Origin: Candidatus Saccharimonadota bacterium
Lineage (GTDB): Bacteria; Patescibacteriota; Gracilibacteria; BD1-5; UBA6164
Length of the DNA stretch: 32,000 bases
Reading direction: 5' to 3'
Assembly: GCA_963677765.1 (NCBI GenBank)
Contig: OY782392.1
Coordinates: forward strand, 210,001 to 242,000
In this document: positions 1 through 10,539 of the stretch, one piece after another
How positions within the stretch are numbered: position 1 is the first letter of the stretch
How the letters are laid out: every line of letters begins with the position of its first letter
The notes under the pieces: model-generated
Told to the model about the DNA's origin: nothing
The model's database searches: none
What the model saw: only the letters and a program-made list of their open reading frames with translations
Made by a program: the position numbers and the translations under genes

Positions 1-194
1 ACAATTTTTACTTCAGGTTTTTTTCATTTTGTTTTAATTTCTACTCACTCTACCCTATCTCAATCTTCTGCTAATCAAAAATTATTTTTGTTTACATAAA
101 AATCTCATCAATAGTATTCTCTATCTTCTGGAATTAAAAAACCAAAATTAGATCATCCTTGAAATTTTCAAACTATTTTATCATTATTTTTCAT
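1..194 (-). CDS. rnr: RNase R/II-family exoribonuclease, N-terminal fragment (gene runs off the window start)
   Basis: ATG at 194 on the minus strand. With TGA=Gly it reads MKNNDKIVGKFQGGSNFGFLIPEDREYYGGDFYVNKNNFGLAEDGDRVEGVEIKTKGKKPEVKIV, an OB-fold N-terminus of RNase R type (GFGFxxP ... GD.V). The frame is open to the window edge. Confidence 0.6.
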
Positions 195-323
195 GATTTT
201 TATATTATTTAACTTTAAAATTTAAAGAATTGTAACTAAATATTTTTTTTTAGCAAAACAATTTGATTTTTTATACACAAATTATATACTTATATAAAAT
301 AAAATATCCTTAATTATAAAAAT

Positions 324-1643
324 ATGTATATTTGTAGTAGTTGTTGAAACGAAAGCCTAAAATGGCAATGACAATGTGGTTTTTGTAAAGAATGGAACAC
401 ACTAAAAGAGTTTAAAGAAGCAAAAATAACCAGTAATTGAGGAGAAAAATGAGAAGCAAAAGAACTATCAAACTTGAATGATGTAGTTGCTGAAAATAAA
501 GAAATAAAAATAAAAACAAGCTCTGGAGAGCTAAATAATGTTTTATGATGATGAATTGTTCCATGATGAATTGTATTATTATCTTGAGAGCCAGGTATAT
601 GAAAATCTACTATAACTATACAATTATCAAATTTTGTAAAAGAAAATAATATAGTATATGTATCTTGAGAAGAAACTAGTTACCAAATAGCAGATAGAGC
701 AAAAAGACTAGGTATAAAATGAGATAATATGAAGCTTTTAGCTGAAAGCTGTATAGAAGATATTTTAGAAACATTAAGCAAAAATCCATGTGATATACTT
801 ATTATAGATTCTATTTCTGTAATGCATTCTAAAAATATATCTTGAGTAGCCTGAAGTATAAGCCAAGTAAGATTTATAACTGAATTATTGGTAGCTTATG
901 CAAAAAAAACTAATACTTCTGTATTTATAATATGACATATAAACAAAGACTGAAATCTAGCATGACCTAAAACTTTGGAACATATGGTAGATACAGTATT
1001 ATATTTTGAATGAGATAAATATGATAATTTAAGAATGCTAAGAGCCTTAAAAAATAGATTTTGAGCTACTAGTGAAGTTTGATTATTTACTATGTGAGAA
1101 AAATGACTAACTGACTTACAAAACCCTTGAATGGAATTTGTAAATTCAACTGATGCAGCTGTTTGATCAAGCCTATCTATAACTATAGAATGAACAAGAC
1201 CTCTTATAGTAGAAACAGAAAGTTTAACTACATATACTAAATTTTGATATCCTAAAAGAAGTGCTAGATGAATAAATAGCTCAAAACTTGATTTGATAGT
1301 AGCAGTATTATGAAAATATACCAATGTAAAACTTGAAGCTTATGATGTTTACACAAATATTGCTAGATGATTAAAAATAGAAGAACCCTGAATAGATTTA
1401 TCTTTGGCTGTATCAATAATATCTAGTAAAACAAATAAAGCATTACCTAAAGACTCTATTTTTATAGGAGAAATTTCACTTACTGGAAAAATAAAAAAAC
1501 CAATTCATCTAGAAAAAAGAATAAAAGAAGCTGAAAAAATGTGATTTAAAAATGTATATATTCCTGATTGTGAAATAAGTTCTAAAAAAACTAATTTAAT
1601 AAAACTAAAAACAGTTTCTGATTTAATAAAAAACACTAATTAA
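324..1643 (+). CDS. radA: DNA repair protein RadA/Sms
   Basis: ATG 324, TAA 1641-1643, 439 aa with TGA=Gly. Zinc ribbon MYICSSCGNESLKWQGQCGFCKEWNT, Walker A GEPGIGKST (both flanking G are TGA), ALKNRFGATSEVG motif, Lon-like C-terminal domain. Confidence 0.95.
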
Positions 1644-1660
1644 AAATTAGTGTTTTTTTA
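1627..1660. terminator. Bidirectional rho-independent terminator between radA and the antiporter gene
   Basis: Perfect 9-bp stem aacactaat / attagtgtt (1632-1640 / 1646-1654). An A-run lies upstream and a T-run downstream. Confidence 0.8.
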
Positions 1661-1662
1661 TT

Positions 1663-2964
1663 TTAAAATAATTTAAATACATAAAACTGTAAATAAAAAA
1701 CTCAAATAGATACTATATATCATAAAAATATTATTGGAAAATATCTCATATGTGCTCAAAATGTATAAAATCATCTCATTTTTGACATAACTCATATTCA
1801 AGCTGCACTTCAAAAACTTATTAAGGAACCTCATATTCACACACACAAAGTAAGAAGTAACCATCATGCAGTATCAATATCTATAGGTGATTTTAAAACA
1901 GCACTCATGACAGGTATATTATCTACAATAGAAGATAAAAATCATATAATTATACTAGAATTGATAACTCAAAAATATTCATAAAAATTTGCTATATAAT
2001 CTAGGTATCAAATAAACTCTAAAGCTCATATAATTGAAAGTATTCAAAAGAAAAACAAAAGAGTATCCATTTCTGTCTTTTTTAAATTTTTATATACATC
2101 AAATCATATTTTTTTATCGGTATTTTTTGTATGATAACTTGTTAAATGTAATAATGATAATCAAAACATCATTCCCCACATTGCTGGAATATTAAAATAA
2201 TGCTGAATAACTATAGATATAAATATAGTAAATAATCATAAAAATATTACTCTTTTTCATCATGATTTCATTCATATAGATAACATTTTTTTAGTAGAAG
2301 AAATTTTTATATTTGGTATATTCAAAGATAGAAAAAATGCAGTTACTAAAAATCATATAAAAGCTGAAGGAAATAAACTAAAAAATTCAAATATTTCAGC
2401 TTTACCAGAAGTCCAAGCCATCAATGTAGTTATATCTCAAAATGGACTCCATGATCATCAAGCATTAGCTCCAACAACTATTATTATAGCCAATGGAACT
2501 AAAATTTTTGCATCTTTTGATAGAGAAAAAGATACAGCAGCTAAAACCAAAGCTGTAGTAAGATTATCTGCAACTGGTGATATAAAAAATGCTAAGAACC
2601 CTATTATCCAAAAAATTTTTTTATATGTATATCAACTAAGAATTAATCTTTTTTTTAGCTCATCAAAAACTCCCCTATCACGCATAACTTCTATATAAGT
2701 CATAGCAACAAGTAAAAAGAAAAATATTTCTGATATTTCTATTAAAAGATTTCTTGTTTCTTCATGTAAGATATTTGTATCTAATCAATTAAGAACAAAA
2801 TAAAATCATATTATAATAAATATAGAAGTTCAAGCTAGTAAAGCTGGTTTAGCCTTATTCATATGATAATTTTCTTCTCTAGCAATGAAATAATAAGATA
2901 CTATAAATATAAATAGTGATAAATATCAAACCCAAGTATTTGTTAAACTTCAAACTAATTCCAT
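1663..2964 (-). CDS. nhaD: NhaD-type Na+/H+ antiporter (ArsB/NhaD permease superfamily)
   Basis: ATG at 2964, TAA at 1663-1665, 433 aa, polytopic membrane protein. Motifs VVGANAGGSWSPFGDITTLMAW and GIGGSLISFGSAAGIGVM. Frame verified triplet by triplet around 2401-2480. Confidence 0.8.
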
Positions 2965-3018
2965 GTTTGTTATTTTATTTTTATTATTAATATTTTAACA
3001 TTTAAAACTATTTAAAGC

Positions 3019-3052
3019 AAAAAAGATAGATTTTAAAAATCTATCTTTTTTA
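3019..3052 (-). terminator. Rho-independent terminator downstream of dut
   Basis: 13-bp perfect inverted repeat aaaagatagattt / aaatctatctttt. It is flanked by A- and T-runs and sits immediately after the dut stop. Confidence 0.8.
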
Positions 3053-3481
3053 TTATTTTGTTCATGTAGTACCAAAACCACCTCTATCTTGATTTCACAT
3101 AGTATCCACCAATTCAAAATCTGCTCTATCTATTCTAACAAACATTCATTGACCTATTCTTGTTCATGCTTCAATAACAACTTTTTCTTTTGTCATATTC
3201 ATATATGGAAACTTTATAGTATCATTATCTCAACAATAATCTTGATCTATAATTCATACAGAATTAACTTGCATAAGTCAGTGCTTTTTAAAAGTTGAAC
3301 TTCTTGGTTGAGTTTGAAGAACATATCATTTAGGAGTTTCTATAACTGTACCTGTATCAATTAATTTGAATTCTCCTGGTTCAAAAGTAACCTCTTCCAT
3401 AGCTTTGAAATCAAATGCACATGCTCAAGAAGTTTCATAAGATAAAGACTGACCATCAAATGTTTTAATTCTAACTTTCAT
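3053..3481 (-). CDS. dut: dUTP diphosphatase (dUTPase)
   Basis: ATG 3481, TAA 3053-3055, 142 aa. Motifs PRSSTFKKHG, GIIDQDYCGDND, RIGQGMF and C-terminal RGGFGTTG. Confidence 0.9.
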
Positions 3482-3488
3482 AAAAAAA

Positions 3489-3520
3489 ATATTAAAAATA
3501 ATATTAAAAATATTAAAATA
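3489..3520. repeat. Tandem 12-bp A-tract repeat in the dut/protease divergent promoter region
   Basis: atattaaaaata occurs twice in perfect tandem (3489-3500 and 3501-3512), followed by a partial third copy ttaaaata. Confidence 0.6.
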
Positions 3521-3584
3521 AATGGAAAAAAAAGCAAATATAGATATAAATATATAGTTAAAAACTTAATAAAAATGTTAAAAA

Positions 3585-4226
3585 ATGAAAAAAATAGTAA
3601 CTATATCTTTGATAATACAAGTTATTATAATAATTTCTTGATTTATCTATCTTTCTAATAAAGATAAACAATCAAAAATAGAAAATAATATTGTACAAAT
3701 AATAAAAAAAGATGAAATATCAAAAATAAACCAAAACCCTTTATGATTATTTGATGATAATCATAATCTTGAAAAAAATATATTTAGCGGATTTTTTATA
3801 ACTAAAAATACTATAATAACAGTAGAACATTGAGTTAACTCAGTAAATAGTGAGTATTTAATAAAAGATATATTTTGAAATAAATATAACTGAGAACTAA
3901 TTTATAAAAATAAGGAATTAGATTATGCATTAATAAAAATTGATAGTAATTTTAATAATTTTTATAAATATAATATAAATGATGACTTTAAGATATGAGA
4001 TGAAATTAAAAGTATTAGTTTAAAAGAAGACAAATTATTGATAAAAAAATGAAAAATAGAAAAACTTAGTGATAATAAAATACATACTGATATATATTTA
4101 GAAAGTTGAGACTCATGATGAATATTAATAGATTCAAAAAATAACATATTAGCAATTAATAACTGATATAATTTTGAAGAAAAAATATCAATATCAACAA
4201 AAATAAAAGATATTATTGAAAATTAA
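3585..4226 (+). CDS. Small membrane-anchored trypsin-like serine protease (S1/Trypsin_2-like)
   Basis: ATG 3585, TAA 4224-4226, 213 aa. N-terminal TM segment IVTISLIIQVIIIISGFIYL. Catalytic triad context TVEHG (His), DYALIKI (Asp), GDSGG (Ser; 4107-4121 = TGA GAC TCA TGA TGA). Confidence 0.75.
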
Positions 4227-4235
4227 TAATATCTT

Positions 4236-4823
4236 TTATTCTTTTGCTAATTTATCAAAAACTACAGCTAAATCATCTGCTGCATTTTCATATCTATCAT
4301 AAAAAAATTCATAATTAAAAAGCGGGTCTATTTCTATTAACTCTCTTACATAATGACTCAAAGATAATTTAGGATTATTCTTTGTTTTTAGATTTTTATC
4401 TATTTTTTCTACAAGATATTTAACTCTCAAATCAATATATATTTCTTTGAAATATAGCTTTTCTCTAGTAGATAATTTTTCATATCATAAAACAAACAAA
4501 TTATAATCTATACTATTAGAAAAAGATTTTCATTGAGATATAATTCTATCAACTCTATTAACATAGCCCATAACCTCATCGATATTTTTTATTTCTTCTT
4601 CTGAGTAATCAAGTCAAGGAACATAAAATATAGGACTTGGAATATCTTTTTCTTCTATTTCATTATCTATTTTATTAGAAGAAATTTGAGTTTCTGAAGT
4701 ATTTAAAACATCATCAACATTGTCTTTAATTTCATAAGTTCACTCAATTACTTTTGATTGAAATTCAGGAGATTCTATTTCTTCTGGATTTAATTTAGAA
4801 AAATTATCTATTTTATTATTCAT
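4236..4823 (-). CDS. Hypothetical acidic cytoplasmic protein, last gene of the PilB-1 operon
   Basis: ATG 4823, TAA 4236-4238, 195 aa. It extends the track ORF 4236..4430 upstream through in-frame TGA codons. No TM segment or signal peptide. It starts 10 nt after the stop of the upstream gene. Confidence 0.65.
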
Positions 4824-4833
4824 AATTATATTT

Positions 4834-5820
4834 TTATTTATTATTATCAATTTCTAACCTATATCAAAATCATCTAAGTGCACTTCTTATATTGCTCTTA
4901 ATTTGAGCTACTTGGCTAGATTTAAGATTATTTGGTTCAACTCACTTGAAAAAAATATTTAAATTATCCTCATATATTTTTTGTATTGCAGATTCTGTTA
5001 ATATAAAGTTTATAACATTATCTCATCAAATATCCTCATTTGGTTTTCAATATCTATTTGTAGTATATTCTAATATGCTTAACATTCTCCAAGTTGGCAT
5101 TTTTACATTTTTTAATCACATTTTACTATCATATCATAGAGCTTTAGCTCAATAATAAAGATTTTCAAAATTTTCAACTTGTAAACTTGATGCAATACTT
5201 AATAATAAACTATTTCAATTAATACTTCATATAACACCAGATTCTTCTATTGTTTCAAGCTCTTGCTTTAATCATTTAAATTTATTAAGTGGTAAATTAA
5301 TTGTAGACCAATTCAATAAACCATTAAATCATAAAATTTCTGCTATAGTCTTTATATCTTGCATATGAGATAATCAAAAAAACTTTGCAAAATCAATTTG
5401 AGTATGATTTCATAATTTTAAATTATCAATATTTTTATCCAAGTATTCCCACATATAAAATAATGGATAAGAAAGTAACTTTTGATTAATAGATGTTCTA
5501 TTAATCGAAGATGAAGCTTCAACTAACTTTTTCTTCCTTTTTTCAGATAATAAAGAATTAATAGTTTCTCTACTATGAGTAATAGTATTTTTTAGACTAT
5601 TATCTAATAGCTTTGTAGAGAAATCTAAATCATTTTTATCAAAATAAAGATAATTTAATATCAAATAATGATATTTAACATATTCTCTTTTTACTTCATC
5701 ACTATCTAAATCTAAATCAGATATATTTTTAGATCATAGATTTTTAAATGATTCTTTCAGCATTTCTTTTGAATCAAACTCCATAAAATCAGGAGAAGTA
5801 TTTTCTAAACGATTATTCAT
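4834..5820 (-). CDS. Hypothetical cytoplasmic protein, middle gene of the PilB-1 operon
   Basis: ATG 5820, TAA 4834-4836, 328 aa, no TM segment and no motif I recognise. A 329-codon open frame is very unlikely by chance where TAA and TAG are so frequent. It starts 11 nt after the pilB stop. Confidence 0.65.
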
Positions 5821-5831
5821 ATTTTAAAAAA

Positions 5832-7136
5832 TTAAATAACTCTTAATATTTCTTCTATAGTGGTATATCATTTTATAGCTTTTAAAATACCATCTTCTTT
5901 GATTGTTATTAAATCTCAATTTCTTGCTTCTCTAATTATTTCCTCAACAGATGCTCATTCTCTAATCATATTTCTAAGATTTTCATTTAAATGAATTATT
6001 TCATATATTCAAAGTCTTCATTGATATCAACTATGATTACATTTATCACATCATTCTCACTCATAAAGTTTTATATTTTTAGCTGGTCTAACTGACATTC
6101 ATATTTCTTTCATCATTGCCTCAATCATTGCTTGTTCTTGAGGTGTTTTTTCTTTTTCTCTTTTACAATGAGGACATATTTTTCTTACAAGTCTTTGAGC
6201 TATTATAGTATCTAAAGCAGAAGCAATTATATATGATTTTAATCACATATTTACTATTCTATCCAAAGTATCTGCAGCTGATTTTGTATGAAGAGTAGAT
6301 AAAACTAAATGTCATGTAAGACTTGCTTGAGTAACTGTTTCTAGGGTTTCAGAATCCCTAACTTCTCAAACCATTATTATATCTGGATCTTGTCTAAGTA
6401 AGGCTCTTAATCAATTTGAAAAATTATATCATTTTTTTTCATTTATTTCTGATTGTATAACTCAATCCATTTGATATTCAATTGGATCTTCTAAAGTTAT
6501 AACTTTTTTATCTCTAGTATTTAATTTTGATAATATAGTATAAAGTGTTGTAGTCTTACCTGAACCTGTAGGTCAAGTAACCAATATTAATCAATTTTTC
6601 TTTGATATAGATTTTTCTAATATTCTTTTTGTAGTCCAAAAAAATCATAAATCATCAAAATCAACAACAGAATTAGTATTATCCAAAATTCTGGCTACAA
6701 CATTTTCTCAAACTCATACTGGTAGAGTTGATATTCTTACATCAATATCTCTATCATTCAAAACCATAGAGTATTTTCAGTCTTGAGGAACATCTGTAAT
6801 ATTTAATTTTAAACCAGAAGAATATTTAAGTCTTTCTAGTATTAATTTATATTCTTTTGTATTTAGCTTAAAAATATCAACTAGTACTCAATCGATTCTA
6901 AATCTAATAACTATATATTCTTCATAAATTTCAAAATGAATATCACTACTTCTAAGAACAAGAGCTCAAATAGTTAAATCTCTTAATGCATCATCTGTTT
7001 TTTGCAATTTTAAACTATTTTTTACATGTTCTTCTATTTTTTTAAATCTATCTGAGCGATATTCTTTTTTATTTTCATTTGAGAGAATAATTAATTTTAA
7101 TTCCTCTTCTAAATTATTATCTTTTTTTGCAACCAT
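5832..7136 (-). CDS. pilB: Type II secretion / type IV pilus assembly ATPase, GspE/PilB family (paralogue 1)
   Basis: ATG 7136, TAA 5832-5834, 434 aa. Walker [13 protein letters not shown], Walker B/Asp box [14 protein letters not shown], His box [11 protein letters not shown], tetracysteine CPHC...CDKC typical of GspE/PilB rather than PilT. Confidence 0.9.
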
Positions 7137-7197
7137 AACTTGGTATTTTAAGACTTATATATATAATTAAAAATAGTTTATCATAATAATAAAAATT

Positions 7198-7764
7198 ATG
7201 CAAAAAATAGCTAAAAATGCTTCCATACTAATTTGGTCAGTTTTTTTAAGTATGATGGTGTCTGTAGCTTTTATAAGTGTTAGTAGCAATGTTACAAAAA
7301 ACTTAAAAGAAAACCAGTCTATAAAACAATCTTTAAGTGCTGAAATAATAAAACAAAATGCTATAAACGAAGCTATAGCAGATGAAAAATTTGATAATAT
7401 AAAATTATCAAAAGACAAAGTTTTAATATTTGAACAATTTAATTATATAGAATTTTGATTAAAAGAAAATTGAGAATATTTAATAAAAGTAGATAATAAT
7501 CAAAATATGACTATAATAATAGAAAATTGAAGTTCAGTTAGTTATATAAACAGAAATGATAATAGTGTTTATTGAATAGTAAATAAAAGCTCGACTTTTG
7601 AGACTAAAACTTGAATAATAGAAATTAAAAATCTATGATGATACTCAAAAATAAAAGTATCTTCAGAATGAGAGTTTATACCTCAATATAAAAACTATAA
7701 AATAATTCAAAGAATTTGAAGTAAAGAACTTATAAAAGAAAATTGAAGAATTAAAATTTTTTAA
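7198..7764 (+). CDS. Hypothetical membrane-anchored protein with a pilin-like N-terminal hydrophobic segment but no cleavage motif
   Basis: ATG 7198, TAA 7762-7764, 188 aa. N-terminus MQKIAKNASILIWSVFLSMMVSVAFISV. The track ORF 7198..7458 is its N-terminal piece, cut short at a TGA. Confidence 0.65.
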
Positions 7765-7774
7765 TATATAAATT

Positions 7775-8677
7775 ATGAAAAAAAATATTATAATAATTTC
7801 GTTAATAATTACATTTATTTTTACAAATAATGTTTTTTCAAGTGATAAATATCTAAACGATTTATCATGATATGAACTATATCAAAAAAGAGTAACTGAT
7901 GTTTGTTCTTTATATAAATTTGATTCTAATAATTCAGAAACAATTTACTTAATGGATGATTCAAATAAATATCTAAATCTAGATAAAAACTTATGAATAG
8001 AATCAGATACAATAGACATAGTTGGAGAGTGAATGAAAAATTCTTATAGAGTATGAAAAGATATAGAATTAGCAAAAGAACAATATAAAACAAATATGGA
8101 TTGAATTTATAATTGTGCAGTAAATAAAGCTAATTTTAGATGACTTAGTTTAGTTAAAAAAACTATAAATAATTATCCTGAATTAAAAGAATATGAAAAT
8201 ATAATTGATCAAAAACAAAATGAGATAAAAATGAACCTAGAAAGCTCATGAGAAAGTAGTAAATGTAAATTAAACAGTGAAAAAAATGACCCTATAATTA
8301 AGGCAAATGTTTTAAAACAAGCAACATATGAGTTATGTAGATATAATTATTATTTAGAATATTTAAAAGAAGTTAATGATGATATATCTAAGCTTGATGA
8401 ATCTGTTATAAGTGATAGTGAAAATGCTGTTTGAATAAACAAAATTCTAGAAATACAATCAAATAAAATACAAGAGATAAATAAAGAAATAGAAGATGCT
8501 TATAGAGCATTCCCTATTGCATTTAAAGCCTATTCTGAATATGAAAATTATATAACTTCACATATATTATTAGAATTACTTAGACAAAATTATCTAAAAT
8601 TTAGAGAAGAATTACATAAAAACTTAAATCCAATAAACCAAGTAGTTTATAAAATAAGTAATGCCATGAGAAAATAA
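7775..8677 (+). CDS. Hypothetical secreted protein
   Basis: ATG 7775, TAA 8675-8677, 300 aa. Signal peptide MKKNIIIISLIITFIFTNNVFS, several Cys, predicted helical and K/E-rich. It starts 10 nt after the previous gene. Confidence 0.65.
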
Positions 8678-8707
8678 AAAAAGAAACCTTATATAAGGTT
8701 TCTTTTT
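8676..8707. terminator. Shared bidirectional terminator between convergent genes
   Basis: Stem aagaaacctt / aaggtttctt with loop atat, flanked by A- and T-runs. The stop codons of both convergent genes lie at or in its arms. Confidence 0.8.
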
Positions 8708-9866
8708 AGTTTACATAAATATATCATTCTATACTTCTATCGTTTATTGGTACTTTTCTATAAGTAATTTCGTTTAATTTTCTATAATTCATATCAGATA
8801 CAATAATATGATCTGATTTAACTTCCATAACAATTCATACATGACCATATCTAGGATTATAACCTCTACCATTGAACTGAACAATAGCTCATAAAGTAGG
8901 AGTAGATCAAGTTGCATGTCATTTTGCTCTTGCATTTGCTAACCATTGATTGGCATTTCATCACCAATTAACATTTTTATATTGTGCAACATACCGAGTA
9001 CAATTTCACCAATAAAAAGTATGTTGAGGCTGTCTCCGAACAAGTTTATATGAACCTTGAGTAGATGACATTTGACTATTAGCTTGAGTTGCAAAACTAT
9101 ATCATCATGAAGATGAAGATGAAGATGAATTTGAAGTTGAGCTAACTGCTTTTGTAGGTGCTACATAGACAGGCTTTGGAACAATCTTTTCAGCTCAAGG
9201 TAATACAAGATTAGCTCATATTTTTATAGAATCATTTTCAGAAAGTCAATTTTGTTCTCTAATAGAAGATTCTTCTATATCATATTTTTGAGCTAATGCT
9301 CATATAGTATCTCATGATACTACTTTGTGAATTATTCAAGAAACAGGAGGTATTTTTACTATTTCTCCTGGACGTAGAGTGTGATTTTTATCAAAATTAT
9401 TAGCCCAAAGAATAGAATTAATAGTAACATTAAAATTATTTGATAAAACAGAAAAAGAATCTCATGGTTTTATTTCATAACTAATTATTTCATTTGTTCA
9501 ATCTACATTTCTATCATCATTAAGTATAGTATTAACTGAAATGAATGAATCAGTAGTTTCAAAAATAGGTCATGACTCTCAAGTATTATCATCCAAGTCT
9601 CATCAATAATAAGACTCTAATATACTAGATTCATCAATATCTCACCTATAGAAGTCATAAGTAGAGTTATCATAAACAAATGACGCTAAAGTAGGATAAA
9701 AAGGAAAAATAAATACTATAAAAAATAAAACTATATAAAGATGTGAATTTGAAAGTGATTTATTATCTATTAATATAGAGTTTCAAAAACCATTTCAATC
9801 TTTAACTATCCTTAAATGTCTATCAATACGAGCTTTTATATTTACTTTTGTTTTATTATTTCTCAA
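8706..9866 (-). CDS. Membrane-anchored peptidoglycan hydrolase with two LysM repeats and a C-terminal CHAP amidase/peptidase domain
   Basis: TAA 8706-8708. There is no in-frame ATG near the 5' end, so the likely start is TTG at 9866 (386 aa). TM segment LYIVLFFIVFIFPFYPTLASFVY. LysM-like IKPGDSFSVLSNNFNVTINSILWAN and VSGDTIGALAQKYDIEESSIREQN. Ser-rich linker. CHAP motifs GNCTRYVA (Cys) and GHVGIV (His). Confidence 0.8.
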
Positions 9867-9941
9867 AACTATTTTTTAGAATATAAAATGAATTATTAAA
9901 ACAATTAATATAATAATAATTCAACTTAAGAAAATCTTAAG

Positions 9942-9986
9942 AAAAAAAAATCTTACTTTTAGATTATATCTAAAAATAAGATTTTT
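9942..9986 (-). terminator. Rho-independent terminator downstream of rplU
   Basis: 14-bp stem aaatcttactttta / taaaaataagattt with one mismatch and a 9-nt loop. On the minus strand it is followed by a 9-nt T-run (A-run 9942-9950 on plus). Confidence 0.7.
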
Positions 9987-9998
9987 CAAGATATTTAA

Positions 9999-10310
9999 TT
10001 AAGCAACTGATAATACTTCTAATTTTGTTAAGTGAGCTCTAAATCAGTTATTTTTCATCATTCTTTTTTTAGATTTCATTTTGAAAACTCTAACTTTTTC
10101 TCCTTTGAATTGATCTAAAACTTTGAATTCTACTTTAGAACCAGCAACAACAGGAGTACCTACTTTAGTATCATTACCTTCTTCATCTGAAACTAATAAA
10201 GCTTCCATAGAAAAAGTTGAATTAACTTCTTTATCTATTTTTTTTACATCAATTACATCACCTTGTTTTACAGTGAATTGGTTTCATCCTAACTCTATAA
10301 CAGCTATCAT
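9999..10310 (-). CDS. rplU: 50S ribosomal protein L21 (bL21)
   Basis: ATG 10310, TAA 9999-10001, 103 aa: MIAVIELGGNQFTVKQGDVIDV...GTPVVAGSKVEFKVLDQFKGEKVRVFKMKSKKRMMKNNGFRAHLTKLEV. Confidence 0.9.
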
Positions 10311-10539
10311 GTTATATAAAAATTAAAAAATAAATTATTTAATATTTATAAGCCTGCAAGCCATAAATATTTTTAAGCATAAAACTTAAAAAATAAAAAC
10401 CCTAATTTTTCTTATTCCTTAAGTCTTAAAAAATTTTTTAAGTTTCTAAAGTAAAAAACATAAAATAAAAAACAATTGTTATTATTTTCTATTCTCTGTT
10501 TTCCCCTCTTGAAATCATTAAATCACAAAAAGCTCAAAA

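Noticed and set aside
896-1324. The longest ORF in the supplied track (142 aa, minus strand).
   Set aside because: It lies antisense to radA, whose table-25 frame carries conserved motifs. It is a by-product of AT-rich sequence read in the standard code and has no recognisable motifs.
3489-3520. Tandem 12-bp repeats as a degenerate CRISPR or minisatellite.
   Set aside because: The repeats have no spacers, are far too short and are pure A/T. No cas genes or repeat-spacer architecture exist anywhere in the window.
5832-7136. Could the ~435-450 aa ATPases be PilT/PilU retraction motors rather than assembly ATPases?
   Set aside because: Both carry the C-terminal tetracysteine CxxC...CxxC motif and an N1/N2 region with RxSDIH and LPQDG-type motifs. 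These are characteristic of GspE/PilB. PilT proteins are shorter and lack the zinc motif. A phylogeny would be needed for certainty.
9109-9129. Hexanucleotide repeat (gaagat)x3 on the plus strand.
   Set aside because: It lies inside the CHAP hydrolase gene and encodes the poly-Ser linker (TCT TCA repeats on the coding strand). It is low-complexity coding sequence, not a regulatory or CRISPR-like repeat. Copy-number variation is possible but cannot be supported from one sequence.
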